Below, in pieces: positions 27,426 through 40,419 of a stretch of DNA of 64,000 nucleotides (its first letter is position 1; each line of letters opens with the position of its first letter). This DNA is from Octopus bimaculoides (lineage: Eukaryota), in assembly GCF_001194135.2 (NCBI RefSeq), contig NC_068991.1:26134710-26198709 (forward strand), read 5' to 3'. The notes beneath the pieces were generated by a model, which did no database searches, was not told where the DNA came from, and saw only the letters and a list, made by a program, of their open reading frames with translations. A program made the position numbers and the translations under genes.

Positions 27426-29772
27426 TGAAAAGACTTTTATACATAGTGAGGTTTCTTTTTAAGGGATTTTTAGTAAACCCAGTATATCTATTTGTTTCAC
27501 TGTCATTTTCATGGAATATTTTAGCTGGCTAAGATATTGTTTTAAACAAAAAAAACACAATAAGATGAAAGTAGAAAACAATTGTTGCAGTATACAGGCT
27601 TGAAGAGTTTCCTGTGGTTGGACATGAAGACAGTGACAATAGTGCCAATAGAATCAATGAAGTTTTGTTTTATACGATAGTAACTATTGATAATTTTTAA
27701 ATAAAGGCCCCTGTTATCCATTTGGTCAATTAAGAAAGGAATATTTACTGGGATTCGGAATATTCTGGCAAAAATAGAGAATTCGTTTAATCAATGAGGA
27801 AAATTGAACCATGTTTTTCATAACATGTTGCATTTATGAATATTAATGGTGTATTTTATGTAATAAATCATTGAAATTATTGACTTCTAATATCTCATTA
27901 TAGTAAATAGCAGATTGTATGTGCGTGTCTGTCTTTGTGTGTGTGTGCGCGTATGTGTGTTTTTGAGCATGTATATGCATACCTTTCTATGCGTGCGCGT
28001 GAATTTCAGTTTTGTTTTTCATATATTTAATATTCCAGTCAATCGTAAATCAGAACCAGCCAGATAGGAAGGCTTGCATCACACAATGTTGAAAAATAAA
28101 CACAACTAAGCACATCGGATACAATTGCAGACCTGAACGGGGAGGCTGGTGCTATATTCCATGATGACAAAGTTGCTGCTGCTGCTACTACTACTGCTTC
28201 GGATTATGATGATGGTGATGATGCTCGTACGTGCTGTTGCACAGAAACATAATAATGATACTGGTAATGATAATGATCATAAAGACGACGATAATATTAT
28301 CGATTTTGGTAGAGAGGAAAGAGAAGAGCACAAAGGAAAAAGAAGAGCACAAGGAAGTGAGCGATCAGAATGAAGTAGGGCGTCCTAACGAAAACTTTAA
28401 ATCCGATGACCCTTACGAATTTTGATAATAATCACGTCTGTGAATGATAGATTTCTTGCGATAAGATCGCTGAAAAAAGTGCTAATAGCAATTATGGTAA
28501 TCATGAGGATAATGATGTTAATGAATTCGATGTTCAATATAATAATGACTGGCTATTGTAGTGTATCAGATATATGTTACACACACGCGTGTATATACAA
28601 CGACATGCACACAATTTTCTAATAAATAAATAGAAATGTAATTACCCAAAAAAAAAACAAAAATAAAAAAAACAAGTTGCTATCGAAGTTGCTATTGATT
28701 GAAACTAAAATACAATTAACTATTGCAACTATATTGATTTTAGATTATGCGATCATCGAAAACGGAGTAATAATAGACTGATAACAAAACATTTGTAACA
28801 TTTAATCGATTGGTAAAGGAGTTTATCATTGGCTTGCGATCGTTCTGCTTTGCTTAAGGGCCATATATGTATGTATGTATATATATATATATATATANNN
28901 NNNNNNNNNNNNNNNNNNNNNNNNNNNNNNNNNNNNNNNNNNNNNNNNNNNNNNNNNNNNNNNNNNNNNNNNNNNNNNNNNNNNNNNNNNNNNNNNNNNN
29001 NNNNNNNNNNNNNNNNNNNNNNNNNNNNNNNNNNNNNNNNNNNNNNNNNNNNNNNNNNNNNNNNNNNNNNNNNNNNNNNNNNNNNNNNNNNNNNNNNNNN
29101 NNNNNNNNNNNNNNNNNNNNNNNNNNNNNNNNNNNNNNNNNNNNNNNNNNNNNNNNNNNNNNNNNNNNNNNNNNNNNNNNNNNNNNNNNNNNNNNNNNNN
29201 NNNNNNNNNNNNNNNNNNNNNNNNNNNNNNNNNNNNNNNNNNNNNNNNNNNNNNNNNNNNNNNNNNNNNNNNNNNNNNNNNNNNNNNNNNNNNNNNNNNN
29301 NNNNNNNNNNNNNNNNNNNNNNNNNNNNNNNNNNNNNNNNNNNNNNNNNNNNNNNNNNNNNNNNNNNNNNNNNNNNNNNNNNNNNNNNNNNNNNNNNNNN
29401 NNNNNNNNNNNNNNNNNNNNNNNNNNNNNNNNNNNNNNNNNNNNNNNNNNNNNNNNNNNNNNNNNNNNNNNNNNNNNNNNNNNNNNNNNNNNNNNNNNNN
29501 NNNNNNNNNNNNNNNNNNNNNNNNNNNNNNNNNNNNNNNNNNNNNNNNNNNNNNNNNNNNNNNNNNNNNNNNNNNNNNNNNNNNNNNNNNNNNNNNNNNN
29601 NNNNNNNNNNNNNNNNNNNNNNNNNNNNNNNNNNNNNNNNNNNNNNNNNNNNNNNNNTATATATATGTATATAAATGAATATGTGTGTGCGCAGAGGATA
29701 TATGCAGGAATGTATAAGTACATACATGCATACATGCATACGCACACCCGCCCACACGCACACATATTTATA

Positions 29773-31224
29773 CAGTAGCGGCCATAAAATAAGGGCCTGT
29801 AAAAACAAGTATACTAAAATAGTTATAGAAGATTAATGACACTTTGAAACTAGGTATTTTACTTAGAAAAAATTATCTACTAACCAAGCAGTTAGTTGTT
29901 TAGAAGACTGTTAATGGGCTAACGTTTCTGAGGATCTTACATTATTGGAACATTCAGCTCTCCTCTGCTGAGAAACAAAGGATTGTGCGCCTTCACCAAG
30001 GGGGAAACCCAAATTCTGTGATAGCAACTACTGTAGGAAGGTCTAGAAGTGTTGTTCATCGTATTGTAGCTCATTTAAAGTCATCAGGATTGACAGATGA
30101 TAAAACCCCGAACTCGGAGACATCTTAAAACCTCACCAAGTCAAGATTGTATTGTAGTTAGAATGTCACTAAAGGATAGTTTTAAAAGTGCTGCTGAGAT
30201 ATCCCGCGGGATTTGCTCCACTTCCGATGTCAACATATTGCGCAGAACAGTTTCTCGGACGTTACGAGGTTCTGGGCTACTTTCTCTGATCTCAAAGAAG
30301 AATCAAAAAGTCCGTCATTGTTTCTCTCACGAGCATGTCGTTTGCACAGAAGAACAGTGGTCGCAGGTTCATTTTAGCGATTAATCGAAGTTTCATGCGA
30401 TTAATTCCGATGGCGGGATGTACGTCAGACGAAGAAGTGGCGAAGGGTTGTCTCAAGCATGTGTGAAGAAGACAATGAAATACGGATGAGGCAGTGTAAA
30501 TTGTATGGGGAGTGATTTCCGCTGTTGGTCCTAGTCTACTTATTCACCTACAAGGGACTGTCAATGCTGAAAAGCACAAGCAGATTCTTGGACAACATAT
30601 CCTTCCACATCTCCGATCCTCGTCACTTGAACCTCCTATCTTCGTGCAGGACAACGCATCCCTGTCACACTGCGAAGAAAGACAAAGAGGTTTTGAGTGA
30701 GGAAGGGGTTGACCTCATGGACTGGCCACCCTAAAATCTCAACCCTATAGGAAACGTTTGGAAGATTATTGGAGAGTGGGCGTGTAGGAGAAATTCAAAG
30801 AACCTAGATGAACTCTGGGAATTAATGAAAAACGAATGGAAAAATATTACTCTATCATTTTGCAAGAAATTAATTCAGTCCTGGGGTAACAGATGTCAGG
30901 AGATCATTGATAGTAAAGGGATGTGCACAAAATATTAGAAGGAAGGGTTGTTTTGTTCTTGTTCCATTTTTAATGTTTTTCTAAGTGACCTTTAACTTTT
31001 CACTGTTGCAGTTTTGAAGAGTATTTTTTATTTCCTCAGCAAATATTTAGCAAAAACTTAGCAAATATTTATTCCATTCACATGAAAGTTTTTCACTAAA
31101 GATAGAGATATATATGGATACGGATAAAATATTTAGTCTCAACGTTTTGTTAATCTTCTATAATACTATAATAGATATTTGAATACACTTGTTCTTATTG
31201 ACCCTTATAGTATGGCCACGACTG
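29773..31224 (+). mobile_element. Full-length but inactive Tc1-like DNA transposon with both TIRs and TA target duplication
   Basis: The left end TA|CAGTAGCGGCCATAAAATAAGGGCC matches the reverse complement of the right end (CAGTCGTGGCCATACTATAAGGGTC), with similarity over roughly 100 bp. Transposase motifs WSQVHFSD, IFVQDNA and MDWPP, with stops and frameshifts. Confidence 0.93.
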
Positions 31225-31299
31225 TATATATATATATATATATNNNNNNNNNNNNNNNNNNNNNNNNNNNNNNNNNNNNNNNATATATATAAAGAGAAA

Positions 31300-31620
31300 A
31301 GGAAAAAAACACACTCATCACCAGAGCTGAAGACACCTCCGAATGGGAGGACCCTGCCACGTCAAAATCAGTAGAGGAATAGGGCCGAAACCGGACGTGG
31401 TTCCTCCTGACGCTGTCCTTAGCCACTGGATCCTATAAAGCAGCTGTTGAGGTAGCGATCCACGAAACGTAATTGGAATTCCTCGCTTATATAGATATAG
31501 TTGTTTAAGGCTCACAATACAAGTCTTCGGGCGCTACTAGTAGTTTCACGTGTCTGAAAATCTAAGCACGTTCTTCAGGCGCAGACCACTCTTCGTACTG
31601 AACTAAGAAATTTAAATACG
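31300..31620. mobile_element. Possible Penelope-type terminal repeat fragment
   Basis: A GC-richer block with CTGAAGAC, CCTGACG and CGAAACG motifs. No coding support. Confidence 0.35.
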
Positions 31621-34116
31621 GCGTGGGACGTGAGGAAAGGTAAAGAAACGTGAAAAAATAGTAGCATATAGAAAATCCTAGCTTATAACCGGCAAACGAA
31701 CCCAGGAATCCTGATGTAAATATACATTATGAACGAAATTAAATGTAAATTATAGGTAAATTGTGTAAGGAGAGTAAAAATGAATATGAAAAATAATGTA
31801 TAAAATATAAGGTAAAAATGTAGCGGTATAAATATAAGAAACATCGGGAATCTGAAAATTCATAAAGTTAGCGATAAAAAATATAAAGGATACAAAATAA
31901 ACCTAAAAAATACTAAAATATACTAAGTACTTAAACAACAATATTTGACTATCATCAGATGGAGTGAAAAGGAAGGAAGGTGTGAAACTAGAAAAGAGAA
32001 AAAGCAAAACTGCGAAAGAGGGAATAGATATAGAGATGGATATGTAAGATTATTCATTGCAGTGCAAAGTTTCACAAGGCTAACAAGGAATTCAACATTC
32101 GATGTAACCTCGCTTGTCTAACGTAATTTATGTGATATCATTTTTTCAAACTTTCGAAATAGATATATTCTTGCAAACAGTTTGATCCTATCACATACAC
32201 TTGACATCTTGACATAACATCTTTAGGGAAATTCTTAGAAAGAATCAGATACACAGATTACAACTAAAACAGAGACGGTTATCTTAGGGTTGCTTTTGGC
32301 AGAGTATTTAGAGCGTAGTAATTTAATTCTTTGTGGTAATTTTTTGTCCTTTACTTTCTTAATTCAAATACCTACGAAGTTAACTATGCTCTTGAATTTT
32401 TTGTTTAGTGTGTGGTGAGGGCGATAAAATATAGTATCTTTTGAATGAGGGACATCAATTGAATTGTCTTCCTCGAAATTGGTAGTCCTCAGTTTACGTT
32501 AGAACAGTTATAGAGATGGTTATATGTGGCAGTTAAATGTTAACGAGAGACTTGGAAATCATATACCTTCCGCTGTAAGTACATAAAAAAAATCTACTGA
32601 AATAGAATAACAGTTAGACATTTTAAATTGCATTCTATGGTATAATTGGTATTATAAACATTACGCAGCAAACGCTAACGTTGTATTCATTGTTCAGGAT
32701 ACACTCCTTCCCGTGGTAGAAATTATAGAACTTCTGATATAGCTACGTACATATATGCTAACCCTATAAATCATATCTACATAGGACTACATATATTTTA
32801 GCAACATAAACGTAAGGGAAATTGGTGATTATATGTTTTCAATGTAAACATTCAGACAAAATTTTATATTCAAAACACTGTTGAATGTGGATTTTCTGCT
32901 GCCGGAATTCATGAATAACAGCAAAAACTTCCGAATTATGTATCTCTATAACAGTAAAGTTAATTTAAAAGAATAAACGAACAGCGTTCGGCTATAATTA
33001 AAGCCTATATTAAGTTATATTCTGATTATTGAACAAAAAATTTCTGAATAAATGTTAGCGTTAAAATTCAAATTACATTCTACTTATTACTTGATACGCA
33101 AAAGTAATATANNNNNNNNNNNNNNNNNNNNNNNNNNNNNNNNNNNNNNNNNNNNNNNNNNNNNNNNNNNNNNNNNNNNNNNNNNNNNNNNNNNNNNNNN
33201 NNNNNNNNNNNNNNNNNNNNNNNNNNNNNNNNNNNNNNNNNNNNNNNNNNNNNNNNNNNNNNNNNNNNNNNNNNNNNNNNNNNNNNNNNNNNNNNNNNNN
33301 NNNNNNNNNNNNNNNNNNNNNNNNNNNNNNNNNNNNNNNNNNNNNNNNNNNNNNNNNNNNNNNNNNNNNNNNNNNNNNNNNNNNNNNNNNNNNNNNNNNN
33401 NNNNNNNNNNNNNNNNNNNNNNNNNNNNNNNNNNNNNNNNNNNNNNNNNNNNNNNNNNNNNNNNNNNNNNNNNNNNNNNNNNNNNNNNNNNNNNNNNNNN
33501 NNNNNNNNNNNNNNNNNNNNNNNNNNNNNNNNNNNNNNNNNNNNNNNNNNNNNNNNNNNNNNNNNNNNNNNNNNNNNNNNNNNNNNNNNNNNNNNNNNNN
33601 NNNNNNNNNNNNNNNNNNNNNNNNNNNNNNNNNNNNNNNNNNNNNNNNNNNNNNNNNNNNNNNNNNNNNNNNNNNNNNNNNNNNNNNNNNNNNNNNNNNN
33701 NNNNNNNNNNNNNNNNNNNNNNNNNNNNNNNNNNNNNNNNNNNNNNNNNNNNNNNNNNNNNNNNNNNNNNNNNNNNNNNNNNNNNNNNNNNNNNNNNNNN
33801 NNNNNNNNNNNNNNNNNNNNNNNNNNNNNNNNNNNNNNNNNNNNNNNNNNNNNNNNNNNNNNNNNNNNNNNNNNNNNNNNNNNNNNNNNNNNNNNNNNNN
33901 NNNNNNNNNNNNNNNNNNNNNNNNNNNNNNNNNNNNNNNNNNNNNNNNNNNNNNNNNNNNNNNNNNNNNNNNNNNNNNNNNNNNNNNNNNNNNNNNNNNN
34001 NNNNNNNNNNNNNNNNNNNNNNNNNNNNNNNNNNNNCTAAAACCACAATATATGTTCATATAACACCAGGAGATAGAAAGGGGAAGAGACAAAGTAAACT
34101 AGTAAAAGTTTTTGAA

Positions 34117-34310
34117 CCAAAGAACGATGTGGAAAAGGTACAAAATCACGGTAGTGTTCCAGTATTGCTGAAAGGAATGAAAGAAATAACAGAAATGAAT
34201 CAACTATATATATATATATATATATATATATGAAGGTACAAAATCACGGTAGTGCTCCATACTGGAACACTACTGTGATTTTGTACCTTTTCCACATCTT
34301 CGTTCTTTGG
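34117..34310. repeat. Triple/inverted copy of a ~50-bp LINE terminal sequence (fold-back)
   Basis: 34117-34165 and 34233-34259 are direct copies. 34259-34310 is their reverse complement. Confidence 0.9.
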
Positions 34311-35480
34311 CTGATTTCTTTTGGGGGAGTTTTATATCGCCAGTTCTACATGTACGATTTCTCCCTGCTGTTGGTCCATTTGGTGCATTTGTCCTCATCT
34401 GTAGTTTATGCCGGAACATTGATTCGTCTAGTATCCTTGACAGGAGAGTGACCAGTTCATTTAAGAAGGTTCCTTAATTTTTGGCAAAACATTAAGAGCT
34501 GTGGTCCTTTAAACTATAAGCCACTGAAGATTCTGGTCCTGACATTAGATTGGGTGGACAGTACCTTTTGATACAATGCAATGGCGTCTACTCCGAGAAT
34601 TTGTATAATGCCGAAATTAGGCACCAGTGCTTTCAGAATTTTCCATTCGTCGATTGTAACAAATCTCTCGGGTGTTCGCTCCACAGTGTAAAGTAATTTT
34701 CCAACCACTCTCTGTATTTCATCGACTACATTCTTACAGTATCTTTAGTGTAGTAAAGTTGGATCGCTTCACGACCAAAGTTAGTTTGGCACTATGTGGT
34801 TACCACAGCTGAAATCAATATTCGAAACTGCCGAGAACAAATGTCTTCCACAGGGTCAACATAATTTGGTTTCTTGTCCTGAAGGGTCAATAGCATCCAT
34901 CCTGGTAATTATCTACACTTTGTTCCCATCTTGGTAATATGTAAATGAAATGATGTATCATTAAGCATATTGCTCCCAAAGTCCCTCACTGTCATTCAGG
35001 GATTGCCGTGTATTCAGTTCATATTCATGCAGTTTATTTAAGAATTGATAGCACAGTGCTTGAAATCTTCCAAAATTAAACTCCATATTGTTTTCCTCAG
35101 GCTCTTGTACATTGCATTCACGTCCCACTGTAATCTTGCGAATTCACCCGTTTCTTTAATGCCTTTAATTATTTTGTGCCATCGGCGAAACTACTAGCAT
35201 TGACTGTCTGAGTTAAACATCCGCATGTCTAAGAGATATACTATAAACTATAATGGCCCCAATACCGTTCCCTTGGGACACAGCTCAGAATTTGTTTCCT
35301 TAGAAAGAATACACTCGGCTAGAACAGTTTGACTTCGTTATTCTAGAAAGTCATGCAGCCACACAACCAGCTTACAGACTACGACAAAGATTCGCAACTT
35401 TTGACAGATGCCCTGAACGACCTTATGAAAGGCCTTTCTGAAGTCGCATCGACATCTGAGTGGTCAAGCAGCTGCTTCAA
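34259..35480 (-). mobile_element. CR1-like LINE, RT to 3' end, degenerate
   Basis: GAVSQG (GVPQG-like), SSFADGTK, YTVERTPERF...WKILKALVPNFGI (YSLERRRERY..WKILEGLVPN-like), KGPQL..VLPK. Confidence 0.8.
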
Positions 35481-35488
35481 AATGTTGT

Positions 35489-35490
<2 letters not shown>

Positions 35491-35544
<54 letters not shown>

Positions 35545-35630
35545 CACGCACACGAATACATACACACAAATATACTCATACATGCGTACATACATACGTA
35601 CATGCATACATAATATATATATATATATAT
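35491..35630. repeat. (CA)n/(TACA)n/(TA)n microsatellite
   Basis: Direct reading. Confidence 0.95.
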
Positions 35631-36635
35631 ACGATGAGTAAATAGGGATGAGATTATCCAGGCTGGTACCGTATGAACACTCAATTATAAATCGTGCTCG
35701 GGCTCATCGCATGGAGTAGTGAGGAGCATCTAGGACTACTTTGGGTGAACAATCTCACTGGAAATCCCACGAGGAACCTTAGGTTCGATTCGCTAGAACA
35801 TGTATATTTACATGTGTATAAATCCAAGACATTTAACATTAATATAAAGACTGATACAGCTAATTATACATCATTACTGATACAGCTAATTATACAGCAT
35901 AATTGCTTTAGATATGTCTTATATCTAAACCAGTTATGCTGTATAATTATCGGTAAAAATAAAAATTAGAATAAAAACATGCAAACGTTCCAGTCTCCGT
36001 ATGCATTGTAATTGTCATGTCTATCTACTTATCTATCTATCTTTCTAACTCTTCTCTCTCTCTCTCTCTCTATACATATATATATATATGTATATATANN
36101 NNNNNNNNNNNNNNNNNNNNNNNNNNNNNNNNNNNNNNNNNNNNNNNNNNNNNNNNNNNNNNNNNNNNNNNNNNNNNNNNNNNNNNNNNNNNNNNNNNNN
36201 NNNNNNNNNNNNNNNNNNNNNNNNNNNNNNNNNNNNNNNNNNNNNNNNNNNNNNNNNNNNNNNNNNNNNNNNNNNNNNNNNNNNNNNNNNNNNNNNNNNN
36301 NNNNNNNNNNNNNNNNNNNNNNNNNNNNNNNNNNNNNNNNNNNNNNNNNNNNNNNNNNNNNNNNNNNNNNNNNNNNNNNNNNNNNNNNNNNNNNNNNNNN
36401 NNNNNNNNNNNNNNNNNNNNNNNNNNNNNNNNNNNNNNNNNNNNNNNNNNNNNNNNNNNNNNNNNNNNNNNNNNNNNNNNNNNNNNNNNNNNNNNNNNNN
36501 NNNNNNNNNNNNNNNNNNNNNNNNNNNNNNNNNNNNNNNNNNNNNNNNNNNNNNNNNNNNNNNNNNNNNNNNNNNNNNNNNNNNNNNNNNNNNNNNNNNN
36601 NNNNNNNNNNNNNNNNNNNNNNNNNNNNNNNNNNN

Positions 36636-36667
<32 letters not shown>

Positions 36668-36669
36668 AA

Positions 36670-37282
36670 GTGACTCTGACTGGACACCTTACATGCTAAA
36701 AGGAGCAGTCAAAGTCCAAACCACGGTTAAGAATAATTTCGAGAGGGATAAAAAATAAAGATATTTTCAATAGCTACCACATGTACCTATGTTTTGAACA
36801 TTAATGAACAAATAAAATAATTTGCTATCCGTGTTCTTCATCAGCAAGGGCGCTACAATTAACGTATAATTATGAGACAAAGAGACAATACATGTCTCAT
36901 GTTGATACATTATAGTTTTTCTAATTTTCTACCTTATATATATTTTCTTAATATGATTTCAGTAAATGTGAAGAACGTTGGCACATATATTCTTATTTTC
37001 TGCCGACTATAACTGCGCTTGCGCGGCGGATTTGAAAAATTATAATATATAAATATGAGACGTGCTGTCTATTTGTCTCATAATTATGCGTTAATTGTAG
37101 CGCCCGTGCTGTTGAAAAACACGGATAGCAAATTATTGTATTTGTTCATTAACGTTCGAAATCTAGGTACAAGGGGTAACTATTGAAAATGTTGTTAATT
37201 TTCATCCCTTTCGAAATTACTCTTAACCGTGGTTCGGGCTTGACTGCTCTTTTTACCATGTAAGGTGTCCTGTTAGGGTCAC
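36670..37282. mobile_element. Foldback MITE with ~240-bp TIRs
   Basis: 36670-~36915 is the imperfect reverse complement of ~37040-37282 (GGACACCTTACATG, AACCACGGTTAAGA, AATTTGCTATCCGTGT, GGGCGCTACAATTAACG.ATAATTATGAGACAAA). Confidence 0.9.
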
Positions 37283-37924
37283 GTCTTTTATGTATAAATG
37301 TGCACTAAATTTATATGAAAAATATGTTGACTATTTTATGGATGCTGGCTACTGGTAGAATTTTGTTCTGATTTTGCTATCCTATATATATATATATATA
37401 TNNNNNNNNNNNNNNNNNNNNNNNNNNNNNNNNNNNNNNNNNNNNNNNNNNNNNNNNNNNNNNNNNNNNNNNNNNNNNNNNNNNNNNNNNNNNNNNNNNN
37501 NNNNNNNNNNNNNNNNNNNNNNNNNNNNNNNNNNNNNNNNNNNNNNNNNNNNNNNNNNNNNNNNNNNNNNNNNNNNNNNNNNNNNNNNNNNNNNNNNNNN
37601 NNNNNNNNNNNNNNNNNNNNNNNNNNNNNNNNNNNNNNNNNNNNNNNNNNNNNNNNNNNNNNNNNNNNNNNNNNNNNNNNNNNNNNNNNNNNNNNNNNNN
37701 NNNNNNNNNNNNNNNNNNNNNNNNNNNNNNNNNNNNNNNNNNNNNNNNNNNNNNNNNNNNNNNNNNNNNNNNNNNNNNNNNNNNNNNNNNNNNNNNNNNN
37801 NNNNNNNNNNNNNNNNNNNNNNNNNNNNNNNNNNNNNNNNNNNNNNNNNNNNNNNNNNNNNNNNNNNNNNNNNNNNNNNNNNNNNNNNNNNNNNNNNNNN
37901 NNNNNNATATATATATATATATAT

Positions 37925-39050
37925 ATACATTACGGCAACAAACGAAAAAAACAGTACTAATCAAGATAAGACAATTTACTATAATGATATGAATAACCAT
38001 AATACTCTAATTAATAAAGATAGGAGCAGCATAGTAAAAAAGAAATCTATACCATGTATGAAAACATTTGAATCTCTGAATACCTAATGCTTTACTAAAG
38101 AAGATAATGAGAAAACCATTCGGATGATAATTCCCTTTGCAAAACACTTGGAATTGAATTTTATTAGATCCATCAGAATTATTATTAATAAAAACTCCAA
38201 AAGCTTTACATACACAAAAATATTTAATAATAGACATATTAGATTGGGATTTTCAGTTTCTCCTAATCTTTATAGGGTATCTTCCTTTAACAATAAGAAA
38301 TTAGATCAATTCTATCAAGACAAAATTACTAAATCTGAACCTACAAACTCTAATAATATTAATAAAAAAACGTATAATCCTACAATTATCAATATCAATA
38401 CTAATAACAACCGCTCTTATAATTCAACCAAACATACATGTAACACTACTAAACAACCCACAAATACAAGTTGCAATTGCAGAGACCATAATACGTGTAA
38501 ATTAGGAAGAACTTGTAAAAAGAAAGACGTGTACCAGGCAACAATTATAACGCAGGACTCATCTCATCAAGATTTATATATATATAGGTTGCACGGACAA
38601 CTGGTTTAAATCACGAATTTCGAACCGCAAACCCACCTTTAGGGACAATAGAAAAGAGAACAGTACCCGACTATCAAAGAAACAATATTAATTTCTCAAC
38701 TTCCTGGAATATTCTATCTTCGGACCCTTATTAAAGAAATAACAATACAATTTGCAGATTATATCTAGAAGAAAGCTATGATATAATGAGAATGAATGGA
38801 AACCTAGTTAATACGAAGGATGAAAATATTTTCCTCATGTAAACACATGACCAAATTCCTATTCATTTATCTAAAATAACTATTTACTAACTTATTACTC
38901 AATATAGAACCTTATCCTGCACCCATTGTACTATCATAACATTAATTCCCTTTATATACTTTATTTTAATATTTCCTTTATGATAACTGAAGGACCTACA
39001 TAATGGACTTTCTATATATAGGGCCATTACGCAAACTATGTCTTTATACT
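37925..39050 (+). mobile_element. Penelope-like element, RT C-terminus + GIY-YIG + 3' region
   Basis: IIPFAKHLELNF...KIFNNRHIRLGFS, SCNCRDHNTCKLGRTC...VYQATI and a YIG-like segment at 38580-38600. Confidence 0.8.
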
Positions 39051-39059
39051 TTTTCCTGA

Positions 39060-40400
39060 TATGCCTGGATATATAAACTTATACCTGTCTACTTTCTTAT
39101 TTACTCCTATGTTTTTACACATATTCATATGCGTGTATGTGTGCTGTCTATGTGAGTATATACACCTTATATACATAAAACTCTATACAGGTGTATATAG
39201 ATGTTGTATGCACATTCATATGGATATATGTAAGATTCACCATCTTCTGCATGTAGATGTTTTTGTATAACTATGTATTTGTATTTGAGTATATATATAT
39301 ATATATTTCTACTTATATGTATACCATTATACACCTATGTATATGTACTTCAATTCCCCTCACCTCCCGACAAATCTACATCATTAAATACTTGCATATG
39401 TTATTAGTTATTCCATCTTATGATTAAATATATTTTCAAGGCTTGCATATATACACACTTATGTTATAGTGTGGTTGTGCATGTTTGCATCTATATATGC
39501 ATATCTATGCATACCTCTGTGTATCGATATTTGTGTATGTTTTTTTATGTGTATATGTATATACGTGTTTATTTACATATGTATGCATGTATTTTTACTT
39601 GCATACACATGTGTATATAGTGTGTATGTATATACATATATTTGCGTATCTCTATGCTTATATGTGTATGTATACCTCTATATACATATCTGATTGCATA
39701 TACATTCACTCTACTCCATATATGATATGCATCTATCCTATAAATATGTAACTTTATATGTGCCCTTACATGTATCTATCTACTCGTAGATCATAATAAT
39801 AATTATTTTAAATATATTTACATGCATTGAACCCATATAACGTGTACGTTTAGTCAAAATATTCCTTTTGTATATCATTATCCTACACATTCAATACCTT
39901 TATCATTAACCTTTCTTTTATTTTGAACATTCATTTCTCTTATTACTTCCCATATTTGATCATTATTATTATTTCTTCTTATTTATCTCCCCCTAAACTA
40001 GTAACATTTCGATTCTTTTTCACCCTCTCTAATTTATTACGTTTTCACTTGTATATTTCTCTTCTTACTACATCTCCTGAAATGTTCTCTGATCCCTAGT
40101 CTTAACAATAGACTTCGTAAGTACGATTACGATACAATCTGAATCGTCACATTTCTATTTGAATTACCACTTTCGCTCACTTTCTCCTTTATTATACTTC
40201 CATGTTACATTAATACAGATTTTGACTGAACAAGAGTCCTGAATCCACTTCCACTTCATTCTTTTTAATTCCTCCCCTTCCCCTTATTTTTCATAAATAA
40301 TTTCGTTACCTTTCTAGTATAAGCTTTACAAGCAAACTTTCCTTACGCTAAACTTTCTTCATCTGTTAATGATTTCTTTTTTTTAATTTAAAAAATACCA
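39060..40400. repeat. Degenerate TA/TG low-complexity tract grading into T-rich sequence
   Basis: Direct reading. It gives spurious Y/I/C/V/M-rich ORFs. Confidence 0.8.
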
Positions 40401-40419
40401 AGTATTGTTTTCAGCGGTT

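Noticed and set aside
28130-28600. ORFs with KEKEEHKEV...SDDPYEF and poly-L/M/D stretches
   Set aside because: The region is a mosaic of degenerate trinucleotide repeats (GCT, ACT, GAT, AAT) without convincing splice signals.
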